DNA of 64,000 nucleotides from Pseudomonadota bacterium (GTDB lineage Bacteria; Pseudomonadota; Gammaproteobacteria; Comchoanobacterales; Comchoanobacteraceae): NCBI GenBank assembly GCA_036337715.1, contig JAYZDS010000007.1, positions 90,467 to 154,466 of the forward strand, read 5' to 3'. Shown piece by piece: positions 57,527 to 64,000 of this stretch (position 1 is its first letter; each line of letters starts with the position of its first letter). The notes under the pieces were generated by a model. It saw only the letters and a program-made list of their open reading frames with translations, ran no database searches and was not told where the DNA came from. The position numbers and the translations under genes were made by a program.

Positions 57527-58452
57527 GAATCTTTTTAATTGGTTTGTTGGCTTTATCAGGCTGTGTCTCACAAGGATACACAGCGCCGCTATATGAAACA
57601 ACTTTAGTTTCACCTGAAAAAAGTTTGATGGCGTTTAAAGCTTCTTGTGATAAGCCCAACGCAACTAAGGTTTTGTCATCAAATAATGCAAATCAATGGC
57701 AATCAGTTTGTCAATCCATCACTACTTTAGACTTGATGTCGAGCGAGGCTGCACAAGCATTCTGGGCTAAACATTTTAAACTTTTACCACAAACTAAATT
57801 AGCAAAAGTATCTGGGTATTATACTCAGGAACTCGTTGGTAGTTTAAAACCAACTCAAACGTTTAAAACACCGATCTATGCTGTGCCAGATCAATGTATG
57901 GAGTGTTATGACCGTGCAGCCATTGAGTCTGGTAGTTTGAAAAATAAAGCGGAAGAAATTCTTTATATAAAAGATAATGTTGAACGTTACTTTACTCAGT
58001 TACAGGGTGCAGCTGTTGTTCATTTGACTAATGGTCAAACAAAGCGCTTAGTCGTTGCAGGGAAGAACAATTTCCCATATCATTTTATTAAAATTTCAGG
58101 GTCACTTCAGTATCAACGTGAATGGTTATATAACCATCCAGAACAAATCAATAGTATTTTAGCTAGAAACCCAAGCTTTATTTATTATGAACTATCAGAT
58201 GACCCAGTTGTAAAAGGAAATCGTGGTGTTCCTCTGACTGCCGGACATAGCGTAGCTGTTGATAAGACAATTATCCCTTCAGGCACACCAATTCTTCTGG
58301 GAGATCGCATTGTAATCGCTCAAGATGTTGGTAGAGCCATTCATGGTAATGGTCGATTTGATCTCTATTGGGGCGTCGGTCAAGCTGCAGAAAAAATTGC
58401 GGGTGGTTATTTAACCCAATCAACCTGGTCAGTTTTAGCACCTAAGGCTTGA
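57523..58452 (+). CDS. mltA: membrane-bound lytic murein transglycosylase A (lipoprotein)
   Basis: The GTG start overlaps the lpdA stop as GTGA. The lipobox is LLALSGC, and the C-terminal 3D-domain motif is DVGRAIHGNGRFDLYWGVG. Confidence 0.8.
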   Translation: MRIFLIGLLALSGCVSQGYTAPLYETTLVSPEKSLMAFKASCDKPNATKVLSSNNANQWQSVCQSITTLDLMSSEAAQAFWAKHFKLLPQTKLAKVSGYYTQELVGSLKPTQTFKTPIYAVPDQCMECYDRAAIESGSLKNKAEEILYIKDNVERYFTQLQGAAVVHLTNGQTKRLVVAGKNNFPYHFIKISGSLQYQREWLYNHPEQINSILARNPSFIYYELSDDPVVKGNRGVPLTAGHSVAVDKTIIPSGTPILLGDRIVIAQDVGRAIHGNGRFDLYWGVGQAAEKIAGGYLTQSTWSVLAPKA

Positions 58453-59522
58453 CGTTGGTATTTTAAAATCATCTGACATGTTCTGACTAAAGGTTCTGCT
58501 GCACCCCATAAAAGTTGATCACCAATTGTAAATAAATGAATCACGTTAGATCGATGTTTATCTTGCCTGATGCGGCCAACAGCAATGTTTAATGTATTAG
58601 CAATGTATTTTGGTGATAGTTCACATGGATTGGTATCTTCAATTAACTTAACCCAGTCATTACCTTGAGATAACCAATCTTTTAATTGTGCTAATGTATA
58701 GTGATTATCAAGTGTTATGGTAACTGACTGACTATGGCATCTCAATGTATTTACTCTTACACATGTAGCACTGATTGGGGTCTGGGTTGCCAATAATTTA
58801 GTCGCTTCTTGCTCGAATTTAAGTTCCTCTTTTGTCACACCCTCATCACATAAAACATCTATCCAAGGAATAACATTATTGAGTAGAGTACTTTTATTAT
58901 CTGGATTTTCAAGTTGACAACAACTATTTATAAGATCATTAATATCAATGTGTTTTGAAGCAGTACTAACTTCGGTTAAGTAATTTTTAAGTTGTTGAGT
59001 CCCAGCGCCTGAAATGGCTTGATAAGTGTGTGTGTCAACGTGCTTGACTATGTCCTGTTCATATAATCCTTGTAAAGCAAGTAGCAGTAATGAGGTGCAA
59101 CAGTTTGGCCCCACAAAGGTTTTTTGTTGATTGATTATGGCATTTTTGATGGTAGCACCATTAATCGGATCTAATATGAGTGTGGCTTCAGGGTTAAGTC
59201 TTAGATGGGACGCGGCATCTAGCCAATATCCAGACCAGCCGTTCTCACGAAGGTTGGACAACGTTCTTTGGGTATACTCACTACCTTGACAACTGATTAG
59301 TATGTCACACTGCGCTAAAGCAGATTGATCATTGGACAAACCAAATTGTATGGCTTTCGTTCCAATGAAAGGCGGTGTGATGTCGTCACAGACCTGAGTT
59401 GAAAAAAGATAAACGGTTTCGTTAGATAGGATTTTAGTTTGGTTAAATCGCTCGATTAAGACTTGCCCAACTAAGCCACGCCACCCAATGATTCCAATGT
59501 TCAATGATGAATTCTGTTGCAT
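58407..59522 (-). CDS. asd: aspartate-semialdehyde dehydrogenase
   Basis: IGIIGWRGLVGQVL is present, with the active-site region VGPNCCTSLLLLAL and QAISGAG. The 3' end overlaps mltA by 46 nt, convergently. Confidence 0.9.
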   Translation of the reverse strand: MQQNSSLNIGIIGWRGLVGQVLIERFNQTKILSNETVYLFSTQVCDDITPPFIGTKAIQFGLSNDQSALAQCDILISCQGSEYTQRTLSNLRENGWSGYWLDAASHLRLNPEATLILDPINGATIKNAIINQQKTFVGPNCCTSLLLLALQGLYEQDIVKHVDTHTYQAISGAGTQQLKNYLTEVSTASKHIDINDLINSCCQLENPDNKSTLLNNVIPWIDVLCDEGVTKEELKFEQEATKLLATQTPISATCVRVNTLRCHSQSVTITLDNHYTLAQLKDWLSQGNDWVKLIEDTNPCELSPKYIANTLNIAVGRIRQDKHRSNVIHLFTIGDQLLWGAAEPLVRTCQMILKYQRQALGAKTDQVDWVK

Positions 59523-59634
59523 GAGATTAGTTTACGTCATCTTGTTGATAAATAAAACTGAATTAGATTTAATTTTCTAATTCATTCAATTAATATATAT
59601 TGACTGTTTAGGGTATTTATGTTGAAATCCTAAG

Positions 59635-60966
59635 GTGTTTTGTCGGTTAATAATTACAATTTTTGTGTTGATTTCTCCTGCTTTTGGCGATTGGAATCCC
59701 TATTATCTCTTGGGTAGTGCTAGGGATCATAATGAAATTAGATTTAGTCAGACATTTCCTGAGCAACCTTCCTATGATTGGCGTGGTGATTACTCTGTTA
59801 TGGGTCCTAGTGTAGATTTTGGCGTGGGATTAATTAAAAGTATTTCGCCACATTGGGACTTAAGTTTTGAAAGTAGTTTTGGGTATTCTGTAGCACAATC
59901 CTCTGTTGGGATAACGGCTATCACTGGTGTCAATGGGCAAGCTTCTATGGACCGTGATTGGATGTTTTCTGGTAGAGTCATGCCTGTATATAAGAAATAT
60001 GGTGAGATTGGGGGCGTATTAGGTCTTGAATTAATGAATTATAATATGAGCTCGGATATCGCTTCTTTTGCTAGTGTGGGTTCGGATACTTCTCAATTAG
60101 CTGCTGGGGTGTTAATTGGTGTGACCACACAGTCACCTGTTGCTGAGAACTGGTCCATACGTTTAAGTTGGCTTGAGACATTGTTTCTGCAATACGAATA
60201 CGATGCCATTTTACCGGATTCAAATCCTTATACAAATGAGCTTAACGATGGTACTGAGGTGACGACCAACATTCAGCATGTGTCTTTTAAACCCACCATT
60301 GATCGTTTTATGGCTTCAATCATTTATTTCCCAAGAGGTCAGGAACTGACTCGAGTGATTACCCCAAAGGTTGAAAAAGCAAAAAACTATGTATTATTTA
60401 ACTTTGTCAAAGATGTTTCAGAAATGAATGAAAGTCAAGATGAAGAGCAGGTTCTTAAAATATTCCATATGCCTTTAGCTGTCTCTGGTTGGGGTGGTGA
60501 ATTAACAGCGGGTAGACGCTTTAATGTCAATGACACTTTCTTTTTTGGGATAGAAGGGTTTGCCCATTTCTTAAATAGTTTTGAAGAAAACCAAGGCCTA
60601 CACACGCAAACTCGATTTGAGGAGCAGTTGGAACATAATTGGGATGTTGGTTTTGTACTTGCGCCGGGTGTGATTATTGGTGAGGGTCAAAATCTTGTGC
60701 TATTAGCAGGTATTGCACGTGGTGATTTTACAGACCGCGGCAACACTGGAAACGAAGACATTAACCCAATTGATCTAAAATCTTGGGGCGGTGTTGCAGG
60801 TGTTAGACAAGAAATTACTTTAGATGATCATTGGCGTTTAGCCTTAGGTATGAAAACCATTCGTTTTCAATCTATGCAAGTACAGACCAGAGGCACTTAT
60901 TCATTAAATGATTTTGATGATATCAGCTCAGGTATTTATAGTGTAGGTTTAATGTATTCTTGGTAA
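59635..60966 (+). CDS. outer-membrane beta-barrel protein (443 aa)
   Basis: The GTG start is followed by the signal peptide MFCRLIITIFVLISPAFG. Alternating amphipathic strands are present, and the aromatic C-terminus is VGLMYSW. Confidence 0.65.
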   Translation: MFCRLIITIFVLISPAFGDWNPYYLLGSARDHNEIRFSQTFPEQPSYDWRGDYSVMGPSVDFGVGLIKSISPHWDLSFESSFGYSVAQSSVGITAITGVNGQASMDRDWMFSGRVMPVYKKYGEIGGVLGLELMNYNMSSDIASFASVGSDTSQLAAGVLIGVTTQSPVAENWSIRLSWLETLFLQYEYDAILPDSNPYTNELNDGTEVTTNIQHVSFKPTIDRFMASIIYFPRGQELTRVITPKVEKAKNYVLFNFVKDVSEMNESQDEEQVLKIFHMPLAVSGWGGELTAGRRFNVNDTFFFGIEGFAHFLNSFEENQGLHTQTRFEEQLEHNWDVGFVLAPGVIIGEGQNLVLLAGIARGDFTDRGNTGNEDINPIDLKSWGGVAGVRQEITLDDHWRLALGMKTIRFQSMQVQTRGTYSLNDFDDISSGIYSVGLMYSW

Positions 60967-60975
60967 TTTGAATGT

Positions 60976-61800
60976 TTAGAAAATCATGCTTGCATTAAAG
61001 GAGGCGTGTTCTTGATCTTTATTGAATTGATCATAGTTTTGATTCGTTACGTGATGTGCACCGCCAATACTCAACCAAGGCTTTATTTGATATGAAAAAC
61101 CGATGGATTTATCTTCAGCATCGCAATCATTGTTATTATAAACGTATGTAATCCTTTTATCGTCAACAAATACCAAAAAACGGTGATTTAAAAAATAACT
61201 TAAGGATAGATTTTTTTGGGATTTAACAGTTTTGGTTGTAGTGAGTTCTTGATAGTCATTATAAACATAGGATGTAGCTAATTTAAGCCATGATATTGCA
61301 AGGCCGTAGCTATTAGAATCACTAAAGCTATTATTTTGACTAGAGTTAAACCTATGATCATACCCATAGGCCCCTACCATATTGATACTATTAAATTGGT
61401 ACCCTATAATCGCTTTGCCTATGATATCATCATACCAGTCTGTTGTTGTGACAGACCCTCCAAAACCTAAATTAATATCTTTATTTGAAGTCATACCGTA
61501 CAAAAGATTAACGTTTAAGTGATTATTTTGACTGAAATCAGGGGTTCCATTATTTCTTAATGTTGAGGAAAGTGTTGGTGTCCAACCAATATTTAAACTA
61601 CTTGATAAATAGGCGTTCTTATCAAATTTCGGTATATGATTTCCTAGGTGCCCAGAATTTTTGTGTTGTGTGTAAAGATTAGGGCTCATAGTATCTTTCA
61701 TTAAAACACTCATTAACTGTGGTACTGTGATGGTTGTTGATGCCAGTATATTACTGTTAATAAGGATCAATGTTGTGTATAAGGAATAATTAAGTTGCAT
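60976..61800 (-). CDS. outer-membrane beta-barrel protein (274 aa)
   Basis: The N-terminus is hydrophobic, beta-strand periodicity is Gly/Tyr/Asn-rich, and the C-terminal residue is Phe (ASMIF). Confidence 0.6.
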   Translation of the reverse strand: MQLNYSLYTTLILINSNILASTTITVPQLMSVLMKDTMSPNLYTQHKNSGHLGNHIPKFDKNAYLSSSLNIGWTPTLSSTLRNNGTPDFSQNNHLNVNLLYGMTSNKDINLGFGGSVTTTDWYDDIIGKAIIGYQFNSINMVGAYGYDHRFNSSQNNSFSDSNSYGLAISWLKLATSYVYNDYQELTTTKTVKSQKNLSLSYFLNHRFLVFVDDKRITYVYNNNDCDAEDKSIGFSYQIKPWLSIGGAHHVTNQNYDQFNKDQEHASFNASMIF

Positions 61801-61845
61801 CTAATTAAATTAGCATAAATCAATTGAATTTTAAAAGGCTACAAC

Positions 61846-61883
61846 AAAAAAAAATCCAAGCCACTTAAGCTTGGATTTTTTTT
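61846..61883 (-). terminator. bidirectional rho-independent terminator (module copy A)
   Basis: An A run precedes the stem aaatccaagc / gcttggattt (loop cacttaa), and a T run follows. Confidence 0.7.
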
Positions 61884-61902
61884 AAAATAAGTCGGTTATT
61901 TA

Positions 61903-62733
61903 TTAGAATGCAAAAGATAATGATAATCCATAAGTATTAACATCTTTATCACTATTACCTGCCAAATTATCTATGCTTATATAACTAGCGCCTAGTGAAA
62001 TTCCACCCATACTATACTTGATGCCAAAACTGTTAATTTCCTCGTCATCACCAGCAAAAGCACCACTCTCTTTTTCTGTTTTATAACCTAAAAGTGTTAC
62101 TTCATCATTGACTGTATAAGAAAGTCCATATTTTTTATAATCTATAGTACAATCTTCACTTGCCCCTTCTGTTTCATGATCACTATATGATACTGAGAGA
62201 CCGTAATAGCCAAGACCAATACCTAAACCACTTCCATCCTTCAAGAATGTGCCGTTAACTGGATCCCCTTTATCATAATTAGCATCTGTTAAATCAAAGC
62301 CTAATTGAAATGATAAACCTTCAGCAATTTGGTAAGAGTAATTCACACCTAAACCATAACCATTATCGCCCTTTTCAGAAACCATTCCACCGGCTGTTAC
62401 ATTTAAGTTATTAACTCCGGCTACATTAGATACTGTTACAGCTCCACTGAAAGAAAATTTTTCTTCTACATCGGTAACTGAAATAAAGTCTTTATTATTA
62501 TTATATTGATCCAGGCTAATAGAAAAATTATAATAAGTATCATTATCCTCATCAGCATTAAAAGATGAAGTGGTGTCAAATTCTTGTGATATTGTAGAAC
62601 CCAATTTAATCATTCCTACTGGGTATTTGCGATCCTTACCATTCACCGTCTTTTCATCTGCATATCCATAAGTACTCATGAGCGCAAGGCTTGAAATAAG
62701 TAACGTTTTTGTAAATTGTTTAGTTTGCATCAT
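61903..62733 (-). CDS. outer-membrane porin-like beta-barrel protein (276 aa)
   Basis: The RBS ggagga precedes ATG 62733. The signal peptide is MMQTKQFTKTLLISSLALMSTYGYA and the C-terminus is YGLSLSFAF. Confidence 0.7.
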   Translation of the reverse strand: MMQTKQFTKTLLISSLALMSTYGYADEKTVNGKDRKYPVGMIKLGSTISQEFDTTSSFNADEDNDTYYNFSISLDQYNNNKDFISVTDVEEKFSFSGAVTVSNVAGVNNLNVTAGGMVSEKGDNGYGLGVNYSYQIAEGLSFQLGFDLTDANYDKGDPVNGTFLKDGSGLGIGLGYYGLSVSYSDHETEGASEDCTIDYKKYGLSYTVNDEVTLLGYKTEKESGAFAGDDEEINSFGIKYSMGGISLGASYISIDNLAGNSDKDVNTYGLSLSFAF

Positions 62734-62901
62734 GTTAAGTCCTCCATTATGTCGCAATCTAATCTATTGACCTTAGCATTGTATTCAACGACAAAGCTTT
62801 CAGAACCAATGTTATGATCTTAATAAGTATAAGCATATAGCTTATAAATAATATCTATCATTTTATATAAATCAATTGAATTTTTAAAGGCTAAAAACAA
62901 T

Positions 62902-62937
62902 AAAAAAACCCAAACTATTTAAGCTTGGGGTTTTTTT
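62902..62937 (-). terminator. weaker terminator (module copy B)
   Basis: An A run precedes cccaa...ttggg (a 5-bp GC core with a bulge), and a T7 run follows. It is homologous to copy A. Confidence 0.4.
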
Positions 62938-62957
62938 ATTTGTAGATCACAATCTAT

Positions 62958-63425
62958 TTATTTAGCTGAAAAATTATACCCAATGGCAATACCATCAGCG
63001 CCTGGATTGTGGTCTTTTAAACCTGCGTTAGATAGGTGATAAATACCAATATGCCATTTTGGTGTAATATTATATCTAATATTTGATTTGAATTGTGTGT
63101 GGCCACCTAAATCAGGACCATCGCCTTGATGATAGTAACCTGGTCCGAAAGCAAAACTAAAGTCATTCCAATAAACACGCATACCACCATGAATGTAATA
63201 AATCGACTCATTAGACACTTCGAAAGATACTTCTGGATGCAGTGTATGACCGACATCCCATGTTTGTTGATAACCAACGAATATTTTATGATCACTTAGG
63301 CCGTCAAAATTTTGGTCATCATAACTTAACACGCTACCAAAAACGCTTGTTTCTTTTATGGTTGCTGAATAAGCACAGGTTGCGCTTAGTGCAGCTAAAA
63401 TACATATCCCTTGTTTTAATTTCAT
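62958..63425 (-). CDS. PagL-like lipid A 3-O-deacylase / acyloxyacyl hydrolase family outer-membrane protein
   Basis: A signal peptide is present on a small 8-strand-size barrel (155 aa). YHLSNAGLKDHNPGADGIAIGYNF matches the PagL His-x-Ser-Asn catalytic motif as I recall it. Confidence 0.6.
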   Translation of the reverse strand: MKLKQGICILAALSATCAYSATIKETSVFGSVLSYDDQNFDGLSDHKIFVGYQQTWDVGHTLHPEVSFEVSNESIYYIHGGMRVYWNDFSFAFGPGYYHQGDGPDLGGHTQFKSNIRYNITPKWHIGIYHLSNAGLKDHNPGADGIAIGYNFSAK

Positions 63426-63799
63426 GATGCTCTCCTACATAATTTATCTTGAAATGTTAATGAACGTAATAATGAGGTCATTATTACAATATCATCAGAA
63501 TCAACGCTACCATAGTTGCGGTTATATGGACATTCCTCTGAAGATAATACAGTAAATAAATCTAGTTTGGGATCGTGATTGATTAGTTTTAATTTATGCC
63601 AGGATTTACCTAGGTTGATGGTGTCTGCTGAAGAAACTGTAACACGAAGGTTGGTTTCGGTATCATAACAAATATGGCAATCACAAGTATGGGTTTTCAT
63701 GTTCCCATGTGTGTATAGATCAATATCGATGTAATCACATGTGAGGTTAGATGCCATAACATGACTAAAAAGCATTGAAATCATTAATCTTAAATACAT
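63422..63799 (-). CDS. hypothetical Cys-rich secreted protein (125 aa)
   Basis: The stop overlaps the PagL-like start by 4 nt. The N-terminus is hydrophobic and the protein has 6 Cys. Confidence 0.5.
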   Translation of the reverse strand: MYLRLMISMLFSHVMASNLTCDYIDIDLYTHGNMKTHTCDCHICYDTETNLRVTVSSADTINLGKSWHKLKLINHDPKLDLFTVLSSEECPYNRNYGSVDSDDIVIMTSLLRSLTFQDKLCRRAS

Positions 63800-63956
63800 T
63801 ATTTAATCCCTTAAAAAAATGTTCAGTAAAAAGATTATAGGTCTTTTTTTTATTTTTGCAAATTTTATGTCATTGAACGTCTATAATATATAACAGTTAG
63901 GAATGTTTTTGCGATTTATTAAAATTTACCGTAAAATATAACATTTAGGAGACGCT

Positions 63957-64000
63957 ATGACAGAACAACCTGTAAGAGTACGTTTTGCACCGAGCCCAAC
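63957..64000 (+). CDS. gltX: glutamyl-tRNA synthetase, 5' fragment (runs off the window)
   Basis: The RBS aggaga precedes the start. MTEQPVRVRFAPSP matches the class I GluRS N-terminus (RFAPSPTG...). Only 14 codons are visible, so a GluQ-RS paralog cannot be excluded. Confidence 0.5.
   Translation, partial: MTEQPVRVRFAPSP

Noticed and set aside
58407-58452. 46-nt convergent overlap of the asd and mltA 3' ends
   Set aside because: It is real in the ORF track but probably trivial. The asd product has a C-terminal extension of about 15 aa relative to what I recall for E. coli Asd. Neither strand has terminator structure. There is no evidence of regulatory significance.
62828-62846. Inverted repeat TATAAGC-ATATA-GCTTATA upstream of the porin-like gene
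   Set aside because: A 7-bp AT-rich palindrome is expected by chance in this composition. No second copy or known operator consensus was recognised.
1-64000. CRISPR arrays, IS elements or transposases, tRNA or rRNA genes, toxin-antitoxin pairs, restriction-modification or other known defence genes
   Set aside because: I looked for regularly spaced repeats, terminal inverted repeats with transposase-like ORFs, tRNA T-arm motifs outside ssrA, and small overlapping gene pairs. Apart from what is listed, nothing convincing was found. This was a visual scan only, so short elements may have been missed.

Overview
This is an AT-rich gammaproteobacterial chromosome segment. Conserved gene orders include pcnB-folK, hemD-hemX-hemY, aceE-aceF-lpdA, feoA-feoB-feoC and etfB-etfA beside ETF-QO. 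It also carries uvrA, acnA, ispB, ssb and asd, plus two stable RNA genes: tmRNA (6679-7049) and RNase P RNA (48329-48664). All calls rest on motifs read by eye from the ORF translations and DNA; no searches were run. The housekeeping backbone is interrupted by blocks of very AT-rich, Lys/Asn/Ile-rich orphan genes that look like host-interaction cargo of an intracellular Legionellales-like bacterium (this lifestyle assignment is inference). (1) A 793-aa ankyrin-repeat protein. (2) A tandemly triplicated small secreted-peptide locus directly upstream of tmRNA, with a conserved promoter and leader, hypervariable C-termini and a frameshifted third copy. (3) An orphan block directly downstream of tmRNA that includes three tandem diverged paralogs. 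(4) A six-gene orphan cluster (27.4-32.1 kb) containing two adjacent proteins with Inc-like bilobed hydrophobic hairpins and an acidic repeat protein. (5) A CADD/CT610-type di-iron oxygenase gene placed 3 nt upstream of an orphan with a kinase-like catalytic-loop signature. (6) An outer-membrane cluster of three beta-barrel proteins plus a PagL-like lipid A deacylase, sharing a duplicated terminator module. I saw no CRISPR array, transposase, integrase, tRNA or rRNA gene. I cannot point to one defined multi-gene 'system' with confidence. The strongest candidates for something undescribed are the peptide triplet, the tmRNA-flanking paralog family, the Inc-like pair and the CADD-linked kinase-like gene.
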